Of a DNA stretch of 64,000 nucleotides, positions 49,654 to 61,353 are shown piece by piece. The position numbers and the translations under genes were made by a program. The number at the start of each line of letters is the position of its first letter. The stretch's first letter is position 1. The DNA comes from an uncultured Clostridia bacterium (lineage in GTDB: Bacteria > Bacillota > Clostridia > TANB77 > CAG-465), in contig CALXEQ010000006.1 in assembly GCA_944387375.1 (NCBI GenBank), positions 9,066-73,065 on the forward strand, read 5' to 3'. The notes beneath the pieces were generated by a model. The model was not told where the DNA came from. It saw nothing but the letters and a program-made list of their open reading frames with translations, and made no database searches.

Positions 49654-49771
49654 ATAAAAGAACTTGAGAGTAAATCTCAAGTTCTTTTCTATTATATTAC
49701 AATGATTAAATTGTATTGAATAAAGAAATAATATATAATATAATTTTAATATAAGTATATTAGGTGATATT

Positions 49772-52036
49772 ATGAAAAGCAATGATAAGTTAAGTGAACT
49801 GTTAAAAAACAATATAAATAATGTTATTTTTAATAATTTTGAACAAGCAGATTACAATAATTATGATGAAATTATTAAAACTATAATATCTCAAAATAAT
49901 TCTAACGATAAGAAAATAGAGTATCAGCAACCAGAAGATGTAAATAATGGGGAATGTATAGAGTTTAGAGCTTTAGATGATATAGATGACTCTAGATATA
50001 TAGTATATGTAAATGAGCATAGAATAAGAGATAGAATTAGTGATATTTCTTCTACACAAAATATAGACGAAAAAAGACAATTAACATTAGAACTTTTATA
50101 TGATATAGTTTCAGGCTCATATGTTGTTTCTAATCAATATAAAAATAGAACAAGTAAAGACATAGAGCAAAATGTTATTGGAATTAATAATTTGGTAAGC
50201 GATAAGGTAAAGAATAAGGTAACATATTTACAAAGAAAAGACTCTTTGGATAAGCTGAGATTTAATATAGAAGAAACTTTAACTGATTTAAATGATAATA
50301 ATAGAAAATATATAGAGGATTCTTTAAAAAATTATGAACAAAAGGAAATTTTACAGGCAAGTGTAAATGAAATGAAAGATTATATATCAAAAGTTGATGA
50401 ACTTTCAAAATCATATAAGATGTATCCAAATGAAGATAAAAGCAGTATTTTAAAAAGAATAACAAATGATTATAGAAAAAGAATAGAAAATATTAGTAAG
50501 TATATGGAATCAGATAAAGAGGAATATGAATTTTCTCAAGACGGAGATAAAATAACAAATATTACTAGAAATTTGGCTGGTAATATGGAAATAAATTATA
50601 AAAAAGTAGATGAATTAGAAAAAAATCATATTGGAAGTATAGAAAAATATGAGTTATTAAATAGTGATGTTCTGTTAGCTAATGAAATCTTAAATAGCAA
50701 TGTTACATATTTAGATATAGAAGATGAAAGTGTTCCAGATAAAATTAGAAAGTTATATGAAGATATCCAAAAAGATAATGAAAAATTTGAATCAATAGAT
50801 CCAGATGAAGCGGTTAAACAATATATATTAGATACATATCCCGAAATGGCAATTAGTCTTGGTAAATATCTTCAAAAAGATGATTTGGAAAAAGTTATAG
50901 AAACATTACCAGAAAATATAAAACTAGAAATAGAAGATATATTAAAAGAAAATGGAAAAAATTATGATGAATTTATAGCAGAAATATCTAAGAAAAATAA
51001 AAATGAAAGTAAAAAGTTGGAAAAAGAAACTATTGCTTTTGATAAAAAATATGGCGAAGATTTATATAAAGAATTTAAAGAATTTACAAAAGAAGAAAAG
51101 GAGGCGTTTTTTAAATATTCTGCTATTGATGATTCTGTAGCTCAGGGAGTATTAAAAAGATTAGAAGAGGAAATAAAATCTATTAAACCTGACGTAAGAA
51201 AAGAAGAAGCTTCTAATATTGCTAATAGAGAGTATGGAGATTATTATAATAATGAAATGTTATCAGATTATTATAAATTTAAAGAGCTTAGAGAAAATAA
51301 TATATTAAGTTCAAATGATAAAATTTCAAATATAATAAAAAATAAAATTGGTGATAATAAAAATTTAAATAATAGATTTGAAAAATATTTTAATTCAAGT
51401 GATATTGCTAAAGAATTAAATAATATGGATTATCAAGATTTTAAATATTTTTATGATAATATTGATGATATGAGACAGATGTTAGAAGAGATAGATAAGG
51501 AAGTAAAAATACCATATCAAAATCATATAGAGAATTTGGGAGATACGTTACTCAAAGTAGTAAAATATAAAAATGATGAAGAATTTGAGGATATATTAAA
51601 TTCGTTAAAAAGTGATAAAGAAAAAGAAGAAGTAGTTTCAATAATAAATTACCAAGTATTAAAAGAGAATAATAATGAAATGAAGAAGATTAATCTTATA
51701 GAAAGAAATTCTAATAAATCTTTTAATGAAAATGATTTTATATTAGCAAAGCAATATTGTAATTTAAAATATAAATCTATGGAGTTTAATCTTGCTGAAA
51801 AAGCAGCATTAAATAATGTTAGTGTACTAGAAAATGACGATATAGGAGTACAGGAACTAATAAATAAAATGAATTTTTACGAATCTAGAAATTTAGAAAT
51901 AGATAAAGCTAAAACTAAAAATTATAAGGATGCGCAGATAAATAAAAGTGATATACTTCAAAAAATAAAAAATAAATTTGAAAAGTTAACTTTAAATGAA
52001 CATAATAAAAATCAGCCAGATGCATATATTGGATAG
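49772..52036 (+). CDS. Large acidic helical hypothetical protein (754 aa)
   Basis: Long open frame, E/K/N/D-rich, no signal peptide or recognisable motif. Confidence 0.75.
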   Translation: MKSNDKLSELLKNNINNVIFNNFEQADYNNYDEIIKTIISQNNSNDKKIEYQQPEDVNNGECIEFRALDDIDDSRYIVYVNEHRIRDRISDISSTQNIDEKRQLTLELLYDIVSGSYVVSNQYKNRTSKDIEQNVIGINNLVSDKVKNKVTYLQRKDSLDKLRFNIEETLTDLNDNNRKYIEDSLKNYEQKEILQASVNEMKDYISKVDELSKSYKMYPNEDKSSILKRITNDYRKRIENISKYMESDKEEYEFSQDGDKITNITRNLAGNMEINYKKVDELEKNHIGSIEKYELLNSDVLLANEILNSNVTYLDIEDESVPDKIRKLYEDIQKDNEKFESIDPDEAVKQYILDTYPEMAISLGKYLQKDDLEKVIETLPENIKLEIEDILKENGKNYDEFIAEISKKNKNESKKLEKETIAFDKKYGEDLYKEFKEFTKEEKEAFFKYSAIDDSVAQGVLKRLEEEIKSIKPDVRKEEASNIANREYGDYYNNEMLSDYYKFKELRENNILSSNDKISNIIKNKIGDNKNLNNRFEKYFNSSDIAKELNNMDYQDFKYFYDNIDDMRQMLEEIDKEVKIPYQNHIENLGDTLLKVVKYKNDEEFEDILNSLKSDKEKEEVVSIINYQVLKENNNEMKKINLIERNSNKSFNENDFILAKQYCNLKYKSMEFNLAEKAALNNVSVLENDDIGVQELINKMNFYESRNLEIDKAKTKNYKDAQINKSDILQKIKNKFEKLTLNEHNKNQPDAYIG

Positions 52037-52045
52037 GAGAGTGCT

Positions 52046-52276
52046 ATGAATATAGATACTAATGAATTAAAAAGAATTTTAAAAATAAAAAGAGAGTATG
52101 ATAAAGGATTAATAGATATAGATATGATTATACCAGAAGATTATAAAGTTATAAAAGTGTTATATGATTATGAAATTAATGATAAAAAGGACGAAATAAA
52201 TAAATTAAAAAATGAAATAAGTGAGTTATATAATAATATAGAAAAAATGTTGGATCAAATGAATAGTAAAAAATAA
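52046..52276 (+). CDS. Small coiled-coil hypothetical protein
   Basis: AGGAG RBS, 9 bp after the large ORF, followed by a terminator. Confidence 0.7.
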   Translation: MNIDTNELKRILKIKREYDKGLIDIDMIIPEDYKVIKVLYDYEINDKKDEINKLKNEISELYNNIEKMLDQMNSKK

Positions 52277-52278
52277 AT

Positions 52279-52320
52279 AAAAAATACACCTTTAAATATT
52301 ATATTTAAGGTGTATTTTTA
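52279..52320. terminator. Bidirectional terminator
   Basis: AAAAATACACCTT...AAGGTGTATTTTT. Confidence 0.7.
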
Positions 52321-52328
52321 TTGTAATT

Positions 52329-53258
52329 TTACTTTTGATCATTCTTAAAATCTATATACCATTTAGAAATAGGCTCTTTAAAATAATTATATTCTTTAAA
52401 TATATCTATGCATCTATTCTGCATTTTTTTTACATGTTCTTTACCGAATTTTATTGACCATCTTATTGTATTCATAGATGAAAAAGCTACATATATTGAA
52501 TTTATTTTTCAAAAATAATTTGGTATTGAATAATTAAAGTAGCCATCAATAAATCCACAACTAAATGGTATACTTTTTGGCACATTGAATAAATCATTTT
52601 TATAAAAATCTTCAAATCTATCGCTAATTTTTGCTCTATTAAAATCTATAACTCCAATTTTATTATTTTTTGTATATATCAAATTTCCTAAATGAAAATC
52701 ACCATGTATATATGTTGGTGGCAAGTTTAAAATGTTAAACATATTGTTATTTATAAAATTTATGACTTCTATATCATCTTTAACTCTAATATCGTTATTT
52801 TCTATATAAATATTTAATTTGTTTATTATATTTTTTATAATCTCATCTTTAATTTTTTCATTTTCATTAATGTTATATTTTTGATTATGTATAGAGAATA
52901 AAATTTTCCCAGCTTCTATTCCTAATTTATACTGAGTGTTTTTATCAAAAGATGTGATAACATTATCTAAGCTTTCTCCTTCAATCCATGTAAGTAGCAT
53001 ATACACATTTTTTCCATTATTGCATTTTCCTATTTCTATAGCTTTTGACATTTCAAAGTTAAGATTGTTAAGCTGTTTTATAAATTTAAATTCTTTTATT
53101 TTTTGTTCGTAAAGTTTAATATCAGATATTCTTAAAAGTAAATTTTCATTAGTATTAGTTATAATGTGATATTTCTCATCTTTTGAATATCCACTATTTA
53201 ATTTTTTTATAGTTTTAAAGTTTTTAAAATTTTTAATATCCGAAAAAATATAATTCAT
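52329..53258 (-). pseudogene. Aminoglycoside phosphotransferase/choline kinase family protein interrupted by one in-frame TGA (52509-52511)
   Basis: GYSKDEKY, HGDFHLGN, IDFNR motifs; the frame stays open about 59 codons beyond the TGA (…RWSIKFG…EYNYFKEPISKWY…) to TAA at 52329. Confidence 0.75.
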
Positions 53259-53380
53259 AGGATCTCCTCGCATATAATATTATATAAAATTTAATTAAAA
53301 AAATCAAAAAAATATAACATTATTATAATATTTTTTGAAATATGTTATATTATATGGTATAACATTTATGAGGAATGCGT

Positions 53381-54079
53381 ATGAATTATTATGAAATATT
53401 AGAGGTAAGTACTAATGCTTCAAAGGAAGTAATAAAAAATGCATATAGAGCATTAATAAAAAAATATCATCCTGATTCTTATATGGGTAATAAGCTATAT
53501 GCAGAGAATAAATTAAAGAAAATAAATGAAGCATATGAAGTATTAAGTGATGATAATAAAAGGCTTTTATATGATTATGATAATGGATTTAAAATAGATC
53601 CTAATGCTCCACCAAAAACTGAAACAGAGCAGATATATGACAAGCCTATTGAGCACACAAAAAATGATAATAAAACAGATGAAAAAGTACTCAATAAAAA
53701 AGATGAATTAAAAAATAAAATAATTGAAATATTTAAAAATAGACGAAATGTTGTAATTTGTGTTGTTTCATTATTCTTAGTTGCTTTTGTATTTGGGTTT
53801 ATTATATCTTCACCAAGTGAGGATAATGATAAAGAAAAACAAGAAGAAAAAGTTACAGTAAATGAAGAAAAAGATAATGATAAAAAGGATACAACAGTAG
53901 ATAAAAATTATAATTATAATAACTATAACAATTACAGTGATAGTAATAATTATAATCAAAATGATAATACATATGAAAATCAAAATGATAATATAGAAAA
54001 TGAAACAGATTCAAATGATGAAAATAATAGTGTAAATGAAGATATTCCACAAGAAGACGAAAATATGGGTATCTCTTAA
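53381..54079 (+). CDS. J-domain protein with a TM helix and an Asn/Asp-rich tail
   Basis: [21 protein letters not shown]; one TM; low-complexity C-terminus. Confidence 0.8.
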   Translation: MNYYEILEVSTNASKEVIKNAYRALIKKYHPDSYMGNKLYAENKLKKINEAYEVLSDDNKRLLYDYDNGFKIDPNAPPKTETEQIYDKPIEHTKNDNKTDEKVLNKKDELKNKIIEIFKNRRNVVICVVSLFLVAFVFGFIISSPSEDNDKEKQEEKVTVNEEKDNDKKDTTVDKNYNYNNYNNYSDSNNYNQNDNTYENQNDNIENETDSNDENNSVNEDIPQEDENMGIS

Positions 54080-54108
54080 CATCTTCTTTTTAAGTAAATT
54101 TATACTTT

Positions 54109-54135
54109 TTAGCACTCATTACTTGACAGTGCTAA
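54109..54135 (+). promoter_or_regulatory. CIRCE element (HrcA operator) overlapping the htpG -35 box
   Basis: TTAGCACTC-N9-CAGTGCTAA (one mismatch to consensus); TTGACA at 54123 and TATAAT at 54146, 17 bp apart. Confidence 0.88.
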
Positions 54136-54181
54136 AATATAGGTATATAATTACTTATTGAAAAAAGGAGATGTTTTTTTT

Positions 54182-56068
54182 ATGAAAGAAAAGCAATTTA
54201 AAGCAGAGTCAAAAAGATTGTTAGATTTGATGATTAATTCTATATATACAAATAAGGAGATATTTTTAAGAGAGTTAATTTCTAATGCAAGTGATGCACT
54301 AGATAAACGTTATTATAATTCTATGACTCAAAAGAAAGAAACTGTAGATAAGGATAAATTAAATATTAAAATATTAGTAGATAAAGAGAATAAATTACTT
54401 ACAATAGAAGATAATGGTTGTGGAATGAATAAAGAAGAACTTGAAAATAACCTTGGAACTATTGCAAAAAGCGGGTCTTTAGCGTTTAAAGAGGCACAAG
54501 ATAAACAAGATGACGTTGAAATAATAGGACAATTTGGTGTTGGATTTTATTCTTGTTTTATGGTTAGCAGCGACGTGACTGTAATATCTAAATCTTTAGA
54601 TGATGAGCAAGCATATAAATGGCATTCAAAAGGTGTAGAAGGATATACAATAGAACCTACTGAAAAAAATGAGATTGGAACAAAAATTATATTAAAGATA
54701 AAAGATGATACAGAAGATGAAAAATATAGTAGATATTTAGAAGAATTTGTTATTAAAAATTTAGTAAAAAAATATTCAGATTATATTCGTTATCCTATAT
54801 TAATGGATGTTGAACATGAAAAATTAAAAGAAGGTTCAAAGGATGAATATGAAAAAGTAAAAGAGACAGAGACTTTAAATAGTATGGTTCCTTTATGGAA
54901 AAAGAAAAAATCTGAAATAAAACAAGAAGAATATGATTCTTTTTATACATCTAAATTTTCAGATTTTAGTAAACCACAAAAAGTTATACATACTCAAGCA
55001 GAGGGAACTTTCAGTTACAATGCATTGTTATTTATACCATCACATTTACCATATGATTTTTATACAAAAGAATATGAAAAAGGATTACAATTATACTCTA
55101 ATGGCGTTTTAATAATGGAAAAATGTGATGAACTTTTACCAGATTATTTTGGATTTGTAAAAGGACTTGTTGATAGCCCAGATTTATCTTTAAATATATC
55201 AAGAGAGATGTTACAACATGACAGACAACTTAAAACACTTGCTAAAAATATAGAAAAGAAAATTAATGCAGAACTTACTAAAATGTTAAATAGCGATAGA
55301 GATGAATATATTAGATTCTTCAATAATTTTGGATCTCAACTAAAATATGGTGCTTATGATAATTATGGAATGGATAAAGATAAATTAAAAGATTTATTAA
55401 TGTTTTATTCATCAACAGATAAAAAATTAACTACATTAAAAGAATATGTATCAAGAATGAAAGAAGAACAAAAGGACATATATTATGCGTGTGGTGAAAC
55501 ATTAGATAAAATAGATATGTTACCACAAGTTGAAAAAGTAAAAGAAAAAGGATACGAAATATTATATCTAACAGAAAATATAGATGAATTTGTTGTACAC
55601 TCTTTAATGAATTATGATGAAAAGAAATTTACTAATATTTGTACTAATGAATTAGATTTAGATACAGAAGAAGAAAAGGAAAAATTAAAAAAGGAAAATG
55701 AAGAGAATAAAGATATGTTTGATGCTATGAAAGAGGCAATAAAGGATGAGGTACAACTTGTAAGATTTACTCATAGACTTAAAAATCATCCAGTATGTTT
55801 AACAAGTGAAGGAGCTATATCACTTGAAATGGAAAAGGTAATAAATGCAATGCCTACTGACCAAAATGTAAAAGCACAAAAGGTATTAGAAATAAATGAA
55901 GAGCATCCTATAGCAAATAAATTAAAAGAATTATATAAAGAAGATAAAGATAAATTAAAAGATTATACTAAGATATTATATTCACAAGCAAGATTAATTG
56001 AAGGAATGAGCGTAGAAAATCCTACAGAAATTTCTAATTTAATATGTGATATAATGGCAAAACAATAA
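54182..56068 (+). CDS. htpG: Chaperone HtpG (Hsp90)
   Basis: [41 protein letters not shown]. Confidence 0.97.
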   Translation: MKEKQFKAESKRLLDLMINSIYTNKEIFLRELISNASDALDKRYYNSMTQKKETVDKDKLNIKILVDKENKLLTIEDNGCGMNKEELENNLGTIAKSGSLAFKEAQDKQDDVEIIGQFGVGFYSCFMVSSDVTVISKSLDDEQAYKWHSKGVEGYTIEPTEKNEIGTKIILKIKDDTEDEKYSRYLEEFVIKNLVKKYSDYIRYPILMDVEHEKLKEGSKDEYEKVKETETLNSMVPLWKKKKSEIKQEEYDSFYTSKFSDFSKPQKVIHTQAEGTFSYNALLFIPSHLPYDFYTKEYEKGLQLYSNGVLIMEKCDELLPDYFGFVKGLVDSPDLSLNISREMLQHDRQLKTLAKNIEKKINAELTKMLNSDRDEYIRFFNNFGSQLKYGAYDNYGMDKDKLKDLLMFYSSTDKKLTTLKEYVSRMKEEQKDIYYACGETLDKIDMLPQVEKVKEKGYEILYLTENIDEFVVHSLMNYDEKKFTNICTNELDLDTEEEKEKLKKENEENKDMFDAMKEAIKDEVQLVRFTHRLKNHPVCLTSEGAISLEMEKVINAMPTDQNVKAQKVLEINEEHPIANKLKELYKEDKDKLKDYTKILYSQARLIEGMSVENPTEISNLICDIMAKQ

Positions 56069-56104
56069 AGATGAATAAAAAATAGGTCTTACTATATGTA
56101 AGGC

Positions 56105-56626
56105 CTATTTGTATTTTACTGGTTCAGGAAACTTTACTCCATGTGTATCTACAGTCATTTTCTTTATTTTTTGATCTTCTAAAGGTTTATCAGATGAATC
56201 TGTAGGTGTATTAGCAATTTTATCGACAACATCCATTCCCTCAATTACTTTACCAAAAGCTGCATAAGATCCATCTAAATGAGGTGCGTTTTTATGCATA
56301 ATAAAAAACTGAGAACCAGCAGAATTTGGAAGCATAGATCTTGCCATAGAAAGTACACCTGCTTCATGTTTTAGTTCATTTTTAAAGCCATTTCTTGAAA
56401 ATTCTCCCTTTATTGTATATCCAGGGCCACCTGTTCCGATTCCTTGAGGATCTCCACCTTGTATCATAAAGCCAGATATTACTCTATGAAATATTGTATC
56501 ATCATAAAATCCCATATTAGCTAAAAATATAAAATTATTTACTGTGTTTGGTGCAACAGAAGGATATAATTCTGCCTTAATAATATCACCATTTTCCATT
56601 TCTATTGTTACTATTGGGTTTGCCAT
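56105..56626 (-). CDS. Cyclophilin-type peptidyl-prolyl isomerase
   Basis: FHRVISGFMIQGGD, LSMAR, GSQFFI, HLDG. Confidence 0.95.
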   Translation of the reverse strand: MANPIVTIEMENGDIIKAELYPSVAPNTVNNFIFLANMGFYDDTIFHRVISGFMIQGGDPQGIGTGGPGYTIKGEFSRNGFKNELKHEAGVLSMARSMLPNSAGSQFFIMHKNAPHLDGSYAAFGKVIEGMDVVDKIANTPTDSSDKPLEDQKIKKMTVDTHGVKFPEPVKYK

Positions 56627-56676
56627 ATATAAAAACTCCTTTCAATGTAGATATTATATCATATTTTTAAATAATT

Positions 56677-57213
56677 TTAAGAGGTATAGCTATATTTTAT
56701 TATTTTTGCATATTCTGGTTTTTCAACATTAGTTAGTGTATTAATTACCATACCATGAGTAACAACAATAACTTTTGAATAGTTTGAATATTTTTTTAAT
56801 ACGTTTTTTACTCTTTTTTGTATAGATTCTTTTTCTTCCCAATTATCTGATGCATTTATATGTTTTCCATTGTTTATATCGTATTGTTTTCTCCATTTTA
56901 CAACTTTTGAGTAATCATCATAACTATAAGATAAATCTGGTATCCATTCCATTAAATCTAATTCTACTAACATATTTATATTTAGCTCTTTAGATAGAAT
57001 TGATGCAGTTTGCATTGTTCTTGTATATGGTGATGTAATTATTATATTACAGTCTTTTAATTCTTTAGATAGAGCTAAATTTTTTACTTGTTCTATACCA
57101 TTTTTTGTGAGTGGTGCTAGATCATTTCCAAATCCCTTATATTTTCTTTTATCAATTTCTGTATAGTCTGGTTCACCGTGTCTTATAAATAAAAACTCAG
57201 TCATAGTTTTCAC
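56677..57213 (-). CDS. Histidine phosphatase family protein
   Basis: RHG, SPYTRTMQTA, VTHG. Confidence 0.9.
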   Translation of the reverse strand: MKTMTEFLFIRHGEPDYTEIDKRKYKGFGNDLAPLTKNGIEQVKNLALSKELKDCNIIITSPYTRTMQTASILSKELNINMLVELDLMEWIPDLSYSYDDYSKVVKWRKQYDINNGKHINASDNWEEKESIQKRVKNVLKKYSNYSKVIVVTHGMVINTLTNVEKPEYAKIIKYSYTS

Positions 57214-57355
57214 ATCCTTTATATTATTTTTAATATAACATATATAAATGATTCTATCAATAAAATAATACTAGATAAATATACATATTTTAAAAATTGT
57301 ATATTAAATTTGTTTTTGTTTATGGTATAATTAATATATATAAATGGAGGAGCAT

Positions 57356-58057
57356 ATGTCATACATTGAATTTCAAAGTGTTGTAAAAAAATATAAGATG
57401 GGAGAAATTGAAATTACTGCATTGGATAAAACATCTTTTGGTATTGAAAAAGGTGAACTTGTAGTAATAGTTGGTGCAAGTGGTGCGGGAAAAACAACTG
57501 CTTTAAATATTTTAGGTGGAATGGATGATGCAACAAGTGGTAGTGTAATTGTAGATGGTAAAGATATTACAAAACTTAAAGGAAGAGATCTAATTAGATA
57601 TAGAAGAGAAGATATCGGCTTCGTTTTTCAGTTTTATAATTTGGTTCAAAATTTAACAGCTGTGGAAAATGTGGAACTTGCAACTCAAATTTGTAAGCAT
57701 GCACTAGATCCAAAAGTTGTTATGCGAAAAGTAGGACTTGGAAAAAGATTAAATAATTTTCCATCACAACTTTCAGGAGGAGAGCAACAACGTGTAGCTA
57801 TTGCAAGAGCAATAGCAAAAAATCCCAAATTATTATTGTGTGATGAGCCAACAGGTGCACTAGATTATAATACAGGTAAACAGATACTGAAATTATTGCA
57901 GGACATGTCAAGAAAAGAGAATATGACAGTTATAATAATTACACATAATCAAGCAATAGCTCCTATGGCAGATAAAATAATTCATTTTAAAAATGGTGTA
58001 GCAGTTGATATAAGAAAAAATGACAATGTAATTCCAGTAGAGAATATAGAATGGTAG
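57356..58057 (+). CDS. ABC transporter ATP-binding protein (LolD/MacB-like)
   Basis: [29 protein letters not shown]. Confidence 0.95.
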   Translation: MSYIEFQSVVKKYKMGEIEITALDKTSFGIEKGELVVIVGASGAGKTTALNILGGMDDATSGSVIVDGKDITKLKGRDLIRYRREDIGFVFQFYNLVQNLTAVENVELATQICKHALDPKVVMRKVGLGKRLNNFPSQLSGGEQQRVAIARAIAKNPKLLLCDEPTGALDYNTGKQILKLLQDMSRKENMTVIIITHNQAIAPMADKIIHFKNGVAVDIRKNDNVIPVENIEW

Positions 58058-58064
58058 GTTTTTT

Positions 58065-61000
58065 ATGAAAAAAGCTTTATTAAAAGATAGTGTAAAAGAA
58101 ATTAGAAAAACATATAAAAGATTTTTATCTATATTGCTAATGTCACTATTAGGAGTAGGCTTTTTTGCGGGTATAAGAGCTACCAGTCCAGATATGAGAA
58201 AGACAATAGATAATTACTATAATGAACAAAATTTTTATGATATACAAATGATTTCTACATTAGGACTAACAGATGAAGATGTTGACTTAATAAAAAACAA
58301 TGAATATGTATCTGAGGTATATGGTTCATTCAGTAAGGAAGCTTTAGTAGAGATAAGTAATAATTCAGAGCCTGTTGTAAAAGTTCACTCTTTACTTGAT
58401 ATAAATAAAGTAATATTAAAAGAGGGAAGATTACCAGAAAAAGATAATGAGTGTGTTGTAGAGCAAGGATTTTTAGCACAAACGGCAAAAAAAATAGGCG
58501 ATACTATAACGCTTGAAGATAGTGATGATAGCTTTAATAATGATACATTAACTATAGTTGGTACAGTTGAAAGTCCATTATATATAACAAGAGATAGAGG
58601 TAGTGGAACGCTTGGCACAGGTAAGATAGATTATTATATTTATACAAATAGTGAAAATTTTAATTTAGATGTATACACAGAATTATATATAAAAATCAAA
58701 AATGAAAACTCTTATGCTACTACATCAGATGAGTATAGTGAGCTAGTAGATAACGCATTAAATAGTATAAAAGTCTATGAAGAACAAATTAATACTAGAC
58801 GTTATGATGAATTAATTAAAGAGGCAAATGATAAAGTAGATGAGGCTCAACAAGAATTAGATAAAAATAAACAAGAAAATGAGCAAAAACTTAATGACGC
58901 ACAAAAAGAAATAGATGATTACAGATTACAAATAGAAGATTCTAAAGTATCAATTAATTCTCAAAAAAATAATTTGGATACTATGTTTGCAGATTATGAC
59001 AAGCAAATTCAGGATGGAAAAGTGCAACTTGAGAATGCACAAAAAACATTAGATGAGCAAAGAGTTACTGCACAAGAGCAAATAAATAATGCTTTAAATA
59101 CTAAAACTACACTTGAAGAAAATCTATCTAAGGTTGAAATGGGAATAACTATTGCAACAGATAAAAACAATCAAATATTCAATATATTGGAAAATCCAGG
59201 TAATTTAAGTGAAGAGGAAATTAATTATCTTAAAGGTTTAAAAGTTGAACTTGAGGCAGAGATAGAAAGTTTAAATCAAAATAAAGGAGAACTTGAAGAA
59301 TCAATATACTTAATAGACAATACTGTAAATCAAATAAATCAAGAATTAGAGGATGCTCAGACAACTATTGATGATCAAAAAATAGCTCTTACTCAAAGAG
59401 AAAATGAGATTAATTCATATAAAGAAGAAGCATATGGATTAATAGATGATTATTTGGTGCAAATAGATAATTCAGAAAGAGAGCTTAATGAAAATCAAAT
59501 AGAGTTAGATAAAAATAGAGAAGAATTTAATAATCAAATTAAAGAGGCAGAAGATGAAATTATAGATGCAAGAGAAGAAGTAGAAAATATAGAGCATCCA
59601 AAGTTATATACACTTTCTAGAGAAGATAACACGGGATTTAATGGATTTAAACAGGATACACAAAGTATAGAGAATATAGGAAGAGTGTTTCCAATACTAT
59701 TTTTTGTAATTGCTACATTAATAAGTTTAAATTCTATGACTCGTATGGTAGAAGAACAAAGACAACAAATAGGTACTTTAAAAGCACTTGGATATACAAA
59801 ACTTCAAATATCATTTAAATATATTTTATATGCAGCACTTGCAACAGTAATTGGTGGTATACTTGGAATGAGTATTGGATTTTATCTAATTCCAAAAATA
59901 ATATGGATGATGTATCAGATGATGTACACTATTCCAAACTTTGTATTAGAATTTAACTTTGAATTTGGAGCACTAGGATTATGGTTTGCTATAATTTGTA
60001 TAGTTGGTGCAACTATATATACATGTTATAAAGAATTAAGAGAAAAACCTGCAATACTTATGAGACCAAAAGCACCTAAACTAGGAAAGAGAGTACTATT
60101 AGAAAAAATTCCTTTTATTTGGAATAGATTTAATTTTACAACAAAAGTAACAATAAGAAATATGTTTAGGTATAAAAAGAGATTTTTAATGACAATAATA
60201 GGAATACTTGGATGTACTGCTTTAATACTTGCTGGATTTGGTCTTAAAGATTCTATAACAAGTGTTATTGGAAATCAATATGGAGAAGTATTTAGATATA
60301 ATTATATGATAGGTGTAAAATCAAGTTTATCAGATGACGAAATAACAGAATTTAATAACGAAATATTAAAAAGAGATGATGTAGATTTATCTGTAAAAAC
60401 ATATTTATCTACTACTACCATTACATCAGGAGAATTATCTGAAGATGTACAAATAATGATAACAGATAAAAAAGAAGATTTATATAGTATAGTAAATTTA
60501 ACAGACTTAGATGGAAATAAGGTAGAATTAAATGATAATACAATTTATATTACAGATAAACTTGCACAGCTTTTAGATGTAAACGAGGGTGATACAGTTA
60601 CATTAGAAAATAGTGATGGAGAACCAGTTGAAATAAAGGTTGGAAAAATTGTAAGAAATTATGTTTATCACTATGCATATATGTCAAAAGAATTATATAA
60701 TAATTTAATTGGAGAATATTCTACCAATATGTTAATAGTAAAAAATAATGAATATGGTTTAAATAATTTAGATGATTTTTCAAGAGATATTATGTCAGAT
60801 AATAGAGTATCATCATTAACAGATATAGAAACAATGAAGAGTATGATATCTGATATGATGGAATCATTAAATTATGTTGTTTGGGTACTAATTGTATCAT
60901 CTGGATTACTTGCATTTGTTGTATTATATAATTTGGCAAATGTTAATATTAGTGAAAGAATTCGTGAACTTGCAACAATTAAGGTATTGGGATTTTATGA

Positions 61001-61268
61001 TAACGAAGTATATAATTACATTTCAAAAGAAACAACAATACTAACTTTTATGGGAATTGTAATTGGATTGTTTGGTGGTGTGGCGCTTACTTCATTTATC
61101 TTAAAAACATGTGAAATAAATGTATTAAGATTTGTTACTTTAATTCATCCAATAAGTTATGTATATGCAGCATTAATAACAATACTATTTACACTTATTG
61201 TAAATTTTGTAACTTACTTTGCGTTGAAGAAAATAAATATGATAGAATCATTGAAAAGCGTAGAATAA
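58065..61268 (+). CDS. FtsX/MacB-like ABC transporter permease with a long coiled-coil insert
   Basis: Two FtsX-like TM blocks (EEQRQQIGTLKALG; ERIRELATIKVLG). Confidence 0.9.
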   Translation: MKKALLKDSVKEIRKTYKRFLSILLMSLLGVGFFAGIRATSPDMRKTIDNYYNEQNFYDIQMISTLGLTDEDVDLIKNNEYVSEVYGSFSKEALVEISNNSEPVVKVHSLLDINKVILKEGRLPEKDNECVVEQGFLAQTAKKIGDTITLEDSDDSFNNDTLTIVGTVESPLYITRDRGSGTLGTGKIDYYIYTNSENFNLDVYTELYIKIKNENSYATTSDEYSELVDNALNSIKVYEEQINTRRYDELIKEANDKVDEAQQELDKNKQENEQKLNDAQKEIDDYRLQIEDSKVSINSQKNNLDTMFADYDKQIQDGKVQLENAQKTLDEQRVTAQEQINNALNTKTTLEENLSKVEMGITIATDKNNQIFNILENPGNLSEEEINYLKGLKVELEAEIESLNQNKGELEESIYLIDNTVNQINQELEDAQTTIDDQKIALTQRENEINSYKEEAYGLIDDYLVQIDNSERELNENQIELDKNREEFNNQIKEAEDEIIDAREEVENIEHPKLYTLSREDNTGFNGFKQDTQSIENIGRVFPILFFVIATLISLNSMTRMVEEQRQQIGTLKALGYTKLQISFKYILYAALATVIGGILGMSIGFYLIPKIIWMMYQMMYTIPNFVLEFNFEFGALGLWFAIICIVGATIYTCYKELREKPAILMRPKAPKLGKRVLLEKIPFIWNRFNFTTKVTIRNMFRYKKRFLMTIIGILGCTALILAGFGLKDSITSVIGNQYGEVFRYNYMIGVKSSLSDDEITEFNNEILKRDDVDLSVKTYLSTTTITSGELSEDVQIMITDKKEDLYSIVNLTDLDGNKVELNDNTIYITDKLAQLLDVNEGDTVTLENSDGEPVEIKVGKIVRNYVYHYAYMSKELYNNLIGEYSTNMLIVKNNEYGLNNLDDFSRDIMSDNRVSSLTDIETMKSMISDMMESLNYVVWVLIVSSGLLAFVVLYNLANVNISERIRELATIKVLGFYDNEVYNYISKETTILTFMGIVIGLFGGVALTSFILKTCEINVLRFVTLIHPISYVYAALITILFTLIVNFVTYFALKKINMIESLKSVE

Positions 61269-61290
61269 AGGACGAAAGTCCTTTATTTTT
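61265..61290 (+). terminator. Intrinsic terminator
   Basis: AATAAAGGAC-GAAA-GTCCTTTATTTT. Confidence 0.8.
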
Positions 61291-61353
61291 GTGTCAAAAT
61301 TGTTTGTATAATTATTTATTATATATTATAATTAATATAATGGAGTGTTGGTT

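Noticed and set aside
58780-59600. Repetitive E/Q/N-rich stretch in the ABC permease
   Set aside because: Ordinary coiled-coil insert known in this permease family, not a DNA repeat array
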